This document shows, piece after piece, positions 1 to 8,791 of a stretch of 64,000 nucleotides of DNA (within the stretch, counting starts at the first letter, position 1; every line of letters starts with the position of its first letter). The translations under genes were made by a program, and so were the position numbers. The notes under the pieces are model-generated. The model ran no database searches, was not told where the DNA came from, and saw only the letters and a list, made by a program, of their open reading frames with translations. Source of the stretch: Actinomycetota bacterium (GTDB lineage Bacteria; Actinomycetota; AC-67); the NCBI GenBank assembly GCA_040905475.1, contig JBBDRM010000100.1, positions 26,383 to 90,382 of the forward strand, read 5' to 3'.

Positions 1-1002
1 CCCGGACGATCGTCACAGTCCCCTCCTCGAGCGGGCCGCGCAAGGCTTGCAGGGCGTCTCGCTTGAACTCGGCGGCCTCGTCCAGGAAGAGGACGCCTCG
101 ATGGGCGAGCGACACCTCTCCCGGTTGCGGCACCAGGCTTCCTCCGCCGATCAGTCCCACGGTTGACACGGATAGATGCGGCGCCCGGATCGGCCGTTGG
201 GTGATGAGGCCGGCGTCCTCGGGTAACAGCCCGGCAACGGAATAGATCCGGGTCACTTCGAGAGCCTCCCCGTGCGTCAGCGGCGGCAAGATGCCCCGCA
301 GACGCCGTGCGAGCATGGTTTTGCCGCCGCCGGGACTTCCCCTCAACAGAAGGTTGTGGCCGCCGGCGGCGGCGAGCTCGAGCGCCTGCTTCGGCAAGGT
401 CTGACCGCGCACATCGGTGAGGTCGGCGTCGTCGGCCTCCACGGGAGCCGGCGGTTCGGCCGCACCCTCGGTAACCCCGTCGAGCGTGCATTCGCCCCGA
501 AGGAAGTGCACCGCCTGCGCGAGGTGGTCGACCGGAAGCACTTCGATGCCGCCGACGAGCCCCGCCTCGGTCGCGTTCGCCCGCGGCAGCAGGATCGCGC
601 GCTTCCCTGCCTGCGACGCCGCCATCGCACTCGCGAGCGCGCCGCGTACCCGCCGGATCGTCCCGTCGAGCGACAATTCGCCGAGCAGACACATCTCGCG
701 GAGGCGATCCTGCGCGATCCGGCCGTCGGCGGCGAGCACGCCGAGCGCGATCGCCAGATCGAAACCGGGACCGGCCTTGCGCAGATGGGCCGGCGACAGG
801 TTGACCGTGATCCGCTGCATCGGCCACTTCTCGTTGCTCGACAGAACGGCGGCGCGAACACGCTCGCGCGCCTCTTGGATCGACGCGTCCGGCAGACCTA
901 CGAGCGTGAACTGTGGAAGGCCCGAGGCGAGCGCGACCTCCACCTCGACGGGGTAGCCGTCGAGCCCGACGATCGCGACCGTTTCGGCCTTGGCGACGCT
1001 CA
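1..1002 (-). CDS. comM: Mg-chelatase-like ATPase ComM/YifB, N-terminal part; the gene runs off the window
   Basis: My reverse-complement translation from the ATG at 1000-1002 gives [23 protein letters not shown]...[10 protein letters not shown]...[13 protein letters not shown]. Walker A and the YifB-type N-terminus are present. It lies immediately downstream of yraN, as in actinobacteria. The ORF track does not list it because no stop falls in the window. Confidence 0.85.
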
Positions 1003-1007
1003 TCGGC

Positions 1008-1361
1008 TCAGAACGCTCCCTCGAGGTGCGTGACCAGCGGGCCGGTCCCGCCGGTGCGCACTTCGACGACGTCGAAGCGGATCGCGGCCGCGGTCGGCCG
1101 CTCGTGCATCAAGAAATGGCGTGCGAGCCCGCGGATGCGATTCTGCTTGCGCCACGTGACGGCCTCACCGGGCGTGCCGAACCGGTCGGACCTTCGGGTC
1201 TTCACCTCGACGAATGCCAACACCCCGGCGCGCTCGGCGACGATGTCGATCTCACCGGCGCGGCCGCATCGAACGTTGCGGCCGACGATCCGCCACCCCT
1301 GTTCGGCGAGGAACCGCGCGGCGATCTCCTCGCCGGCCCGTCCGAGTTCGCCGCGTCCCAC
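1008..1361 (-). CDS. yraN: UPF0102 family endonuclease YraN
   Basis: The 117-aa ORF reads [35 protein letters not shown]...AFVEVKTRR, which is typical YraN. It is syntenic with comM. Confidence 0.85.
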   Translation of the reverse strand: MGRGELGRAGEEIAARFLAEQGWRIVGRNVRCGRAGEIDIVAERAGVLAFVEVKTRRSDRFGTPGEAVTWRKQNRIRGLARHFLMHERPTAAAIRFDVVEVRTGGTGPLVTHLEGAF

Positions 1362-1704
1362 CGCGCGACGATAACGGGATGGAGACGAAGGATCGGGCTT
1401 TCAGGACCGTCTTGCGCGAAGAAGGAAGAGTTTCACGATCCATCTGTACGAGAACAGAGCCTCGTCAAGAACGTCATCAGGGCTGGGCGTCGATCCGAGG
1501 ACACCGTGCTGTGATCGGGCGACCATCGCGATCTTTCGCCCCGGCCGATTCTCGTATCGATCGAGCGTCACATGTGGCGGCGGTCATTCCATACGAGTTC
1601 TCGATACTGCTCCTGACTCGGGGCGATGATCACCAAACCCGCCAAAGCACGCGGGAGAAACAGGAGCCGATCGGGAATCGCCGAGCCGCAGGCTCCTTCT
1701 GAGG

Positions 1705-1815
1705 TCAACGCGTGGCCCAGATGACGAGCAGCGCGACGACGATCATCGTGATCGCGAAGATCGTGATGTCGGCGGTCTTGCCGCCGCGGTACTTCCGGAG
1801 CGGGTTGTAGCCCAT
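1705..1815 (-). CDS. Possible 36-aa single-TM micro-protein (MGYNPLRKYRGGKTADITIFAITMIVVALLVIWATR)
   Basis: ATG lies 8 nt after the DUF2469 stop. There is a hydrophobic helix. It is below the 60-aa cutoff of the track. There is no homology evidence. Confidence 0.25.
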   Translation of the reverse strand: MGYNPLRKYRGGKTADITIFAITMIVVALLVIWATR

Positions 1816-1825
1816 CGCGCTCAGC

Positions 1826-2152
1826 CTAGCTCAAGGCCGCGGGCCCGGCCGCCGCTTCCGGGCCGTCCTCCTTGCGGAGCTCTTCGATGTTGACGTCCTC
1901 GAACGTGATCACGCGAACCTGTGGCACGAACCGGCTCTGCCGGTACATGTCCCAGACCCACGCGTCGGACAATGTGACCTCGAACCAGATCTCATCGCCC
2001 CGACGTTTCTCCGCGACGTCGACCTTGTTCGCGAGGTAGAACCGGCGCTCGGTCTCGACCAGGTAACGGAACATCTGGAAGACGTCGCGGTACTCTCGAT
2101 AGAGCGCGAGCTCCATCTCGGCCTCGTACTTCTCGAGATCGTCGATGCTCAC
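1826..2152 (-). CDS. DUF2469-family conserved actinobacterial protein (Rv2901c-like)
   Basis: The sequence SIDDLEKYEAEMELALYREYRDVFQMFRYLVETERRFYLANKVDV is present. The GTG start was inferred at VSIDD, and the track ORF is N-terminally over-extended. It sits next to lepB/rnhB as in mycobacteria. Confidence 0.7.
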   Translation of the reverse strand: MSIDDLEKYEAEMELALYREYRDVFQMFRYLVETERRFYLANKVDVAEKRRGDEIWFEVTLSDAWVWDMYRQSRFVPQVRVITFEDVNIEELRKEDGPEAAAGPAALS

Positions 2153-2904
2153 GCCGCCCGCCTCCTCAGTCGTACGGCACCGATAACAAGAAGCATCGCC
2201 GAAGCCGCCTCCGGACCGCCGCCGTAGGCCGGCACGTCGAACAGATCCCATCGCTTCGGCGGCCACACCTTCACGAACGCTTTCCCGATCATCTGCGTGC
2301 GCTTCACCGGCCCGAGCGAGAAGCGGCTGTCTTCCGAGTGCGGCCGGTTGTCCCCCATCATGAAGTACGAGCCCTTCGGCACGACGAACGGCGCGAACGG
2401 ACGCAGGTCGCGCTCCTCGGCGATGTAGGGCTCGTCGAGGGTCAGCTTCGAGCCGTCGACTCGGGTGACCGTCACGATCCCGTCGGTCATCTCCACCGTC
2501 TCGCCGGGCAGGCCGACGATCCTCTTGATCAGATCCTCCTCGCCCGGTGACGCCGCGCCGATGCCTTCGGTGAGGAAATCGATCGCCCGTCGCACGATCC
2601 CGCGCGGGGGCTGGACGGTCTCGCGAGCGAAGACGACCACCTCACCGCGGCGCGGCTCGCGGAACCGGAACGCGAGCTTGTTGACGAGCACGCGATCTCC
2701 CTTGATGAGCACCGGCTCCATCGACTCCGACGGGATCCAGAACGCCTGGAGCAAGAAGGTCTTCATCAGGAGCGCGAGCCCGAAGGCGATGAGTACGAGG
2801 ACGGGAAGCTCCTTGAAGAATCGGAGCCGTTCGCGCTTGGGCGGAACGCCCGCGGGCTTGTCCGGCCACTCCGCTTGCAGCGGGGAGCCCTCGAGCGGCC
2901 GCAT
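2149..2904 (-). CDS. lepB: Signal peptidase I (copy 1)
   Basis: The sequence MRPLEGSPLQAEWPDKPAG...FFKELPVLVLIAFGLALLMKTFLLQAFWIPSESMEPVL...KRIVGLPGETV...GDNRPHSEDSR carries the S26 catalytic Ser/Lys boxes. The start overlaps the rnhB stop (ATGA). Confidence 0.85.
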   Translation of the reverse strand: MRPLEGSPLQAEWPDKPAGVPPKRERLRFFKELPVLVLIAFGLALLMKTFLLQAFWIPSESMEPVLIKGDRVLVNKLAFRFREPRRGEVVVFARETVQPPRGIVRRAIDFLTEGIGAASPGEEDLIKRIVGLPGETVEMTDGIVTVTRVDGSKLTLDEPYIAEERDLRPFAPFVVPKGSYFMMGDNRPHSEDSRFSLGPVKRTQMIGKAFVKVWPPKRWDLFDVPAYGGGPEAASAMLLVIGAVRLRRRAA

Positions 2905-3590
2905 CACGGCGAACCCGACGGAACCAGCTCCTGGCCCAGCGCGGTCAGCTCGTCGAGCTCCGCCTCCAGCAGCTCGGCTTCGATCGTTCCCCCCGCGCCG
3001 ACGCCCTTGAACGACATCCGGTGGACGGGCGTCGGGCCGTGCGCCCGCAGCGCGGTCCAATGCTCGCGCGTGCCGTACCCCTTGTTCGACGCGAACCCGA
3101 ATTCCGGGAAACGGCGATGCAGCCGGCGCATCGTGCGATCACGCACGACCTTCGCGACGATCGAGGCCGCCGCGACCGACGCCGCGACACGGTCGCCCTT
3201 CCGGATCGAAAGCGTCGGCACCGGCATCCTCGGCACCGAGAAGCCGTCCGAGAGCGCGTAGTTCGGCCTCGGCTCCAAACGAGCGATCGCGGCGCGCAGT
3301 GCGCGGATGTTCGACTTGTGCAGCCCGCGACGGTCGATGATCGCCGGCGTCACGCGCACAAGCGTAAGCGCGACGGCCTGCGCCCGGATCTTCACGGCCA
3401 GGACGTCCCGCTGCTTGGGGGTTAGGAGCTTCGAGTCATTGAGGCCGGGGAGGTCGAAATCGTCGGGCAGGATCACGGCTCCGGCGACCAGCGGCCCGGC
3501 GAGGGCGCCGCGGCCGACCTCGTCGACCCCGGCGACCAGCGCGAACCCCTGATCGTGGAGCTCACGTTCGATGGCACCGTCCGGCCGCAT
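2904..3590 (-). CDS. rnhB: Ribonuclease HII
   Basis: The sequence LVAGVDEVGRGALAGPLVAGAVIL...DSKLLTPKQR...SDGF is present. The start was inferred at MRPDGAIERELHD. Confidence 0.9.
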   Translation of the reverse strand: MRPDGAIERELHDQGFALVAGVDEVGRGALAGPLVAGAVILPDDFDLPGLNDSKLLTPKQRDVLAVKIRAQAVALTLVRVTPAIIDRRGLHKSNIRALRAAIARLEPRPNYALSDGFSVPRMPVPTLSIRKGDRVAASVAAASIVAKVVRDRTMRRLHRRFPEFGFASNKGYGTREHWTALRAHGPTPVHRMSFKGVGAGGTIEAELLEAELDELTALGQELVPSGSP

Positions 3591-3663
3591 CGAGCTGAGG
3601 ATAACGCGGCCGGACGACGCCGGCGGGTCCCGCCGTCCGGTTCGGGTGCCCGGTCTGCTCCGC

Positions 3664-4458
3664 TCATGCAGCTCTGTCGTGGCGTTGCCGCCGTTTCCTG
3701 ACGCGAGCGGCGCCGAGGAAGACCACCGGGACGACAACCGCGACCGAACCCAACGCAGCCGCCTCGTACTTCGGGGTTCCGAGGATGCCGATGCGGCTCA
3801 ACGGCCATACCTTGACGAAGGCTTTACCGACGATGTCGGAGCGCTTGATCGGCCCGAGCCTGGTGCGGCTGTCTGCGGAGTTCGGCCGGTTGTCCCCCAT
3901 GACGAAATACGACCCCGCGGGAACCTTCGAAAGACCGAACGGCGACGTGTCCTTGTCCTCCGCCAGGTACGGCTCCTTCAAGGCGATCTTCGTACCGTCG
4001 GTCTTGGTGATCGTGACGACGCCGTCTTTCATCTCCACCGTCTCACCGGGCAGGCCGATGATGCGCTTGATGAAGTCGCGGTCCGACGGAGCCGACACGC
4101 CGAGCCCCTCGGTGAGCGTGTCGACGATCTTGCGCAACAAACCCCGATCGTCGGCCGTGGGGTCGCGTTCCGCCACGAAGACGATGACCTCACCCCGGCG
4201 TGGTTCGCGGAATCGATACACGAGCTTGTTGACGAGGACCCGGTCGCCGATCTCCAGCGTCGGCACCATCGATTCGGAGGGGATGAAGAAGGCCTGGATC
4301 AAGAAGGTCTTTATGAGCAGGGCCAAGCCGAACGCGATCAGGATGAGGACCGGGAGCTCCTTGAAGAACGACAGCGCGCTTCGCTTCTTCGGGGGCGGCC
4401 CGGCGGGTTTGTCCGGCCAGTCCGACTGAAGGGGGGAATCCTCGAGGGGCGGACGCAC
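3664..4458 (-). CDS. lepB: Signal peptidase I (copy 2, paralog)
   Basis: The sequence MRPPLEDSPLQSDWPDKPAG...IPSESMVPTL...KRIIGLPGETV...GDNRPNSADSR is about 65% identical to copy 1 by eye. Confidence 0.85.
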   Translation of the reverse strand: MRPPLEDSPLQSDWPDKPAGPPPKKRSALSFFKELPVLILIAFGLALLIKTFLIQAFFIPSESMVPTLEIGDRVLVNKLVYRFREPRRGEVIVFVAERDPTADDRGLLRKIVDTLTEGLGVSAPSDRDFIKRIIGLPGETVEMKDGVVTITKTDGTKIALKEPYLAEDKDTSPFGLSKVPAGSYFVMGDNRPNSADSRTRLGPIKRSDIVGKAFVKVWPLSRIGILGTPKYEAAALGSVAVVVPVVFLGAARVRKRRQRHDRAA

Positions 4459-4467
4459 GGGCGCGTC

Positions 4468-4959
4468 CTAGGCCTGCGCCGGAGTCTCGGTCTCGTCGGG
4501 TGCAGTCGCCTCGGTCGTTTCCTCGGCGGCCGCCTCCGGCTCTTCCGGCACCTCGGGCGCGGCAACTTCGACGGTCTCGGCCGTCACAACGGCCGCGATG
4601 CCCTCTTCGGGAACCGCAACACGCCGCTCCTTGATCTTGGCCTTTCGGCCGGTGAGCTCGCGCAGGTAGTAGAGCTTCGCGCGGCGCACCTTGCCGTGCT
4701 GGACGATCTCGAGCTTGGAGACCGTAGGCGCGTGGATGGGGAACGTCCGCTCGACGCCGACCCCGAAAGACATCTTTCGAACCGTGAACGACTCCCGGAG
4801 CCCACCGCCGCGCCGCGAGATCACGACACCCTGGAAGACCTGGATGCGTTCGCGACCGCCCTCGGAGACCTTGACGTGCACCTTGACGGTGTCGCCCGGC
4901 CGGAAGGCCGGGACGTCGGTACGCAGCCGCGACCGCTCGACGAGGTCGACCTTGTTCAC
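4468..4959 (-). CDS. rplS: 50S ribosomal protein L19 with an acidic Ala/Glu/Pro/Thr-rich C-terminal extension
   Basis: The sequence [53 protein letters not shown] is present. The GTG start at 4957-4959 is preceded by GGAGGAG. Confidence 0.9.
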   Translation of the reverse strand: MNKVDLVERSRLRTDVPAFRPGDTVKVHVKVSEGGRERIQVFQGVVISRRGGGLRESFTVRKMSFGVGVERTFPIHAPTVSKLEIVQHGKVRRAKLYYLRELTGRKAKIKERRVAVPEEGIAAVVTAETVEVAAPEVPEEPEAAAEETTEATAPDETETPAQA

Positions 4960-5049
4960 GGCGCGCTCTCCTCCTGAGGTGGCCTGCTCGGCCGGATCGG
5001 CGAAAGGCCCATGGTACGGGCGGAGCACTTCCCCTGCAACGACGCCCAG

Positions 5050-5745
5050 CTAGGGCGCGATGTCGAGGTCCGGCCCGAGCAGATCCGGCCGCCGCCGTTT
5101 GGTCCGCTCGAGCGCTTCCCGCCTCCGCCAGGCCGCGATCTCGGCGTGGTCGCCCGACAGCAGCACGTCCGGCACGGCCATGCCGCGGAAGTCCGCCGGC
5201 CGCGTGTACTGGGGAAAGTCGAGGAGGCCGTCGGGGCCGAACGACTCCTGTTCGACCGAGGCCGCCTCCTTCACCACACCGGGCACCAGCCGCGTGACTG
5301 CCTCGACGACGAGCAGCGCCGCCGACTCGCCACCCGCCAGGACGTAGTCGCCGACGGACAGCTCATCGGTCGCGAGCCCTTCGGCGACCCGTTCGTCGAT
5401 CCCTTCGTACCGGCCGCACATCAAGATCAGATGCGGCGCAAGCGCGAGGTCACGCACAAGATCTTGGTCCAGCCGACGTCCGGCCGGCGTCAGCAAGACA
5501 CGGCGGGCCGTCTCCCATCCCTCGATCGCCTCGACCGCGGCGAACCACGGATCCGGCTTCATCACCATCCCCACCCCGCCGCCGTACGGCTCGTCGTCGA
5601 CGGTGCGATGCGGATCGGTCGTGTGCTCGCGGAGGTCGTGCAGGCGAACGTCGACCACACCGCGCTTCCTGGCTTTGCCGAGCAATGAGGCGTTCATGGG
5701 CCCGGTGAAGAACTCCGGGAAGATCGTCACCACGTCGATCCTCAT
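5050..5745 (-). CDS. trmD: tRNA (guanine37-N1)-methyltransferase
   Basis: The sequence MRIDVVTIFPEFFTGPMNASLLGKARKRGVVDVRLHDLR...YGGGVGMVMKPDPW is present. The track ORF is over-extended upstream. Confidence 0.9.
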   Translation of the reverse strand: MRIDVVTIFPEFFTGPMNASLLGKARKRGVVDVRLHDLREHTTDPHRTVDDEPYGGGVGMVMKPDPWFAAVEAIEGWETARRVLLTPAGRRLDQDLVRDLALAPHLILMCGRYEGIDERVAEGLATDELSVGDYVLAGGESAALLVVEAVTRLVPGVVKEAASVEQESFGPDGLLDFPQYTRPADFRGMAVPDVLLSGDHAEIAAWRRREALERTKRRRPDLLGPDLDIAP

Positions 5746-6146
5746 CAGGCGTCCATGATGAGCTGCGTGCAGGTGAAGATCGCGATCAGGCGCCCATCCT
5801 CTCGCGTCACCCGCGCCTCCCAGACGTGCGTCCGCTTCCCCTGATGTATCGGGAGGGCTTCCGCGATGATCCGCCCTTCCGACGCCGACGCGATGAGATT
5901 CGCTTTCAGCTCGACGGTTATGAAGGTCTTCCCCGGCTCGAGCGACGCCGAGCAGCCCTGGCCGCACGCGGTGTCGGCGAGCGACACGACGGCGCCCGCG
6001 TGCACGCCGTCGATGTGCGGACGCAGATGCTTCTCCTGGACCTCCATCTCGGCCCGGCAGTAGCCCGGCCGCCGCTCGACGATCTCCAGGCCGAGCAGGC
6101 CGGGGAATCGCCGCGCCCGCCGGGCGGCGAGCTCGTCGGAGCTCAT
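5745..6146 (-). CDS. PaaI/4HBT-type hotdog thioesterase
   Basis: This 133-aa protein has a hotdog fold pattern (HGGAVVSLADTACG...). It is inserted between rimM and trmD, with overlapping start and stop codons. Confidence 0.7.
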   Translation of the reverse strand: MSSDELAARRARRFPGLLGLEIVERRPGYCRAEMEVQEKHLRPHIDGVHAGAVVSLADTACGQGCSASLEPGKTFITVELKANLIASASEGRIIAEALPIHQGKRTHVWEARVTREDGRLIAIFTCTQLIMDA

Positions 6147-6661
6147 TCGAAAAGTCCCGGAATCACGTGGATCACGATCCTCCCCGACCCGAGGTCGACC
6201 GACCGGATGAACTCCTCCACCGCCGGGACCATGGCTTCACCATCTCCGGTGTCTATCACCCAGACGTCGTTCCCCGCTCGCTCGATCACCCGGTCCAACG
6301 TGCCGAGAACTTCTCCCTCCTCGTCGACCACCTCGAGCCCCCGGATCTGCCATTCGTAGTAGGTGCCTTCCGCGGGGGCGGCGACCTCGTCGGCCGGGAT
6401 CGACAGGAGCGCGCCGCGCATGCGCTCTGCCGCTCCGCGGTGGGGAACCTGTTTGAACGTCACGAGCAGCAGGCCGCGATCCCTGCGTGCCTTCCGCACC
6501 GTGAGCGGAGAGCGCTCCCCTTCGGGGTCACCGGCCTCGAGACTTGCTCCGGCGGCGAACCGGTCGGGGGCGTCGCTCAACACCTCGACGACGACTTCGC
6601 CGGTGGTCCCGTGGGGTTTGACGATCCTGCCGACCACGATCCGCTCGGGAGCGGAGCCCAC
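6143..6661 (-). CDS. rimM: 16S rRNA processing protein RimM
   Basis: The sequence VGRIVKPHGTTGEVVVEVLSD...PRB-like C-term is present. The GTG start is at VGSAPER after a GAGG RBS. The track ORF is artificially long. Confidence 0.85.
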   Translation of the reverse strand: MGSAPERIVVGRIVKPHGTTGEVVVEVLSDAPDRFAAGASLEAGDPEGERSPLTVRKARRDRGLLLVTFKQVPHRGAAERMRGALLSIPADEVAAPAEGTYYEWQIRGLEVVDEEGEVLGTLDRVIERAGNDVWVIDTGDGEAMVPAVEEFIRSVDLGSGRIVIHVIPGLFE

Positions 6662-6672
6662 TGGGGACCTCG

Positions 6673-6948
6673 CTACTCGACGATCTCGATGAGCACGTGG
6701 ACGCCGGCTTTCGCCGCTGCGGCCCGAGTCACCTGACGGATCGCGCGCGCCGTGCGCCCGCTGCGGCCGATCACGCGGCCCATGTCCTCGGGATTGACGC
6801 GCAGGCGGTAGACGGTCAGGTCGCCCTCGCCGGAGGAAGACGAAACCTCGACGTCGTCGGGATGCTCGACGATTGATTTGGCGAGATAGGTGAGCGTGGC
6901 CTCTACGAGGCCTTCGTCGCCTTCGTCGCCTCGAGGTGTTTCTTCCAT
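6673..6948 (-). CDS. KH-domain RNA-binding protein (YlqC/Rv2908c-like)
   Basis: The sequence LVEATLTYLAKSIVEHPDDVEV...VIGRSGRTARAIRQV is present. The start is uncertain and may lie downstream. Confidence 0.7.
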   Translation of the reverse strand: MEETPRGDEGDEGLVEATLTYLAKSIVEHPDDVEVSSSSGEGDLTVYRLRVNPEDMGRVIGRSGRTARAIRQVTRAAAAKAGVHVLIEIVE

Positions 6949-7184
6949 GTGCCCGTTGCCCGCAGCAAGGCGACGACGCTCGCGGACGGCTGGGCCCCTT
7001 TGGCCAGCCAGGCGAGCGCCTTCTCCTCGTCGATGCGGATCTCAGAGGGATCGGTGAGGGGGTTGTAGGTGCCGAGTTGCTGGACGGGGCGCCCGTCGCG
7101 GGGAGCGCGCTGATCTGCGACGACGACGCGATAGAAGGGCTGCTTGCGCTTGCCCGTCCGCATGAGTCTGATCCGCACCGACAT
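6903..7184 (-). CDS. rpsP: 30S ribosomal protein S16
   Basis: The sequence MSVRIRLMRTGKRKQPFYRVVVADQRAPRDGR is present. Confidence 0.9.
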   Translation of the reverse strand: MSVRIRLMRTGKRKQPFYRVVVADQRAPRDGRPVQQLGTYNPLTDPSEIRIDEEKALAWLAKGAQPSASVVALLRATGTWKKHLEATKATKAS

Positions 7185-7241
7185 GTGGAGGCACAGGCTA
7201 CCAGGCTGACCGATGCTCGTCGCACCGGGCCGGGGCGCCGC

Positions 7242-8657
7242 TCAGCGCCGCTTCTTCTTCTTGCGCTTGGCGTGCTGCTTGGGGCGGTGGGGGCGTTGCT
7301 TCGGTTTGGGACGTCCCCCGGCGCCCGGCACGCGCGGCATCGTCATCCCCGCCGGCATCCCCGGCATGCCGCCGCCGCCGGCCATCGCTTTCATCATCTT
7401 CTTGGCCTGCTCGAACTGACGCAGCAAACCGTTCACGTCGCCGGTCGTCATCCCGCAGCCGCGCGCGATCCGCGAGCGCCGCGAGCCGCCGATGATCGAG
7501 GGGTCACGCCGTTCCCCCGGCGTCATGGAGCAGATGATGGCCTCGGTCCGCGCCATGTCCTTCTCGTCGAGCTCCATCCCCTTGAGCTGCGAGCCGAGTC
7601 CCGGGATCATCCCGAGGATGTTCGTGAGCGGCCCCATCTTCTTCAGCTGGCGCATCTGGTCTAGGAAGTCCTCGAGGGTGAAGGTCGCCTCGAGCATCTT
7701 CTTTTCCATCTCGCGCGCTTGATCTTCCTCGTAGACCTCCTCGGCCTTCTCGATCAGCGTGAGCACGTCGCCCATGCCGAGGATCCGCGACGCGATCCGG
7801 TCGGGATGGAACGGCTCGAACGCATCGAGCTTCTCGCCGGTGGAAGCGAACTTCACCGGCCGGCCCGACACGTGCGCGATCGACAACGCGGCGCCGCCGC
7901 GCGCGTCGCCGTCGAGCTTCGACAGGACGATCCCCGTGAAGTCGACGTGCTCGAGGAACGAGGTCGCCACGTTCACCGCGTCCTGCCCGGTCATCGCGTC
8001 GACGACGAGCAGGGTCTCCGTCGGCTTCACGCGATCGCGGATCGCGGCGGCCTCGGCCATCATCTCCTCGTCGACGTGGAGCCGGCCGGCGGTGTCGACG
8101 ATCACGACATCGCGCCCGAGCCGCTCCGCCTCTTTGACGCCCTCCGCCGCGACCTCGATCGGCGTCATACCCTCACGCGCGACCACCGGGACTCCCGCCT
8201 GCTCCCCGAGCAGGACGAGCTGCTGCACGGCGGCCGGGCGGCGAAGGTCGCACGCGACGAGCAGCGGCTGTTTCCCTTTGGCTTTCAGCCACGTCGCGAG
8301 CTTCCCCGCGGCCGTCGTCTTCCCCGAGCCTTGCAGGCCGGCGAGCATGATCACCGTCGGGGGCTTTGGGGCGAAACGCAGCGGCTTCGAGGAGCCGCCG
8401 AGGATCCCCACGAGCTCCTCGTTCACGATCTTGATGACCTGTTGCGCCGGGGTGAGCGCCTTGAGCACTTCCTCGCCGACGGCACGCTCTCGGACGCGCG
8501 TGACGAATGCCCGCGCGACCTCCAGATGGACGTCCGCCTCCAAGAGGGCCATGCGGACCTCACGCAGGGCCTCGTCGACCTGCTCTTCAGAGAGCCGGCC
8601 ACGCGAGCGCAGCCGCTTGAAAACGGCCTCGAGGCGATCGGACAGGGTGTCGAACAT
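7242..8657 (-). CDS. ffh: Signal recognition particle protein Ffh
   Basis: The sequence MFDTLSDRLEAVFKRLRSRGRLSEEQVDEALREVRMALLEADV...GLQGSGKTTAAGKLA is present, with a Met-rich M domain and a basic tail. Confidence 0.9.
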   Translation of the reverse strand: MFDTLSDRLEAVFKRLRSRGRLSEEQVDEALREVRMALLEADVHLEVARAFVTRVRERAVGEEVLKALTPAQQVIKIVNEELVGILGGSSKPLRFAPKPPTVIMLAGLQGSGKTTAAGKLATWLKAKGKQPLLVACDLRRPAAVQQLVLLGEQAGVPVVAREGMTPIEVAAEGVKEAERLGRDVVIVDTAGRLHVDEEMMAEAAAIRDRVKPTETLLVVDAMTGQDAVNVATSFLEHVDFTGIVLSKLDGDARGGAALSIAHVSGRPVKFASTGEKLDAFEPFHPDRIASRILGMGDVLTLIEKAEEVYEEDQAREMEKKMLEATFTLEDFLDQMRQLKKMGPLTNILGMIPGLGSQLKGMELDEKDMARTEAIICSMTPGERRDPSIIGGSRRSRIARGCGMTTGDVNGLLRQFEQAKKMMKAMAGGGGMPGMPAGMTMPRVPGAGGRPKPKQRPHRPKQHAKRKKKKRR

Positions 8658-8697
8658 CCGGCGCATGGTATCGCGGCACGTGAGAGCCGGCCGGGCC

Positions 8698-8760
8698 GGG
8701 GAAACTGGGCGGAACCTCCCGAAACAGCGAGCCGAACGCGGCGGAAAATGGTCGGAACAG
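8698..8760. promoter_or_regulatory. Array of six GGAAC/GAAAC-type direct repeats at about 10-13 bp spacing in the ffh/kinase divergent promoter region
   Basis: GAAAC is at 8701. GGAAC is at 8711. GAAAC is at 8721. GAAC is at 8734. GGAAAA is at 8744. GGAAC is at 8755. Confidence 0.3.
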
Positions 8761-8791
8761 GCTACCGACCGGCCGTTTCGGCGCCGATACA

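Noticed and set aside
3571-4977. 468-aa plus-strand ORF
   Set aside because: It is antisense to lepB copy 2 and rplS, both of which have strong motif support.
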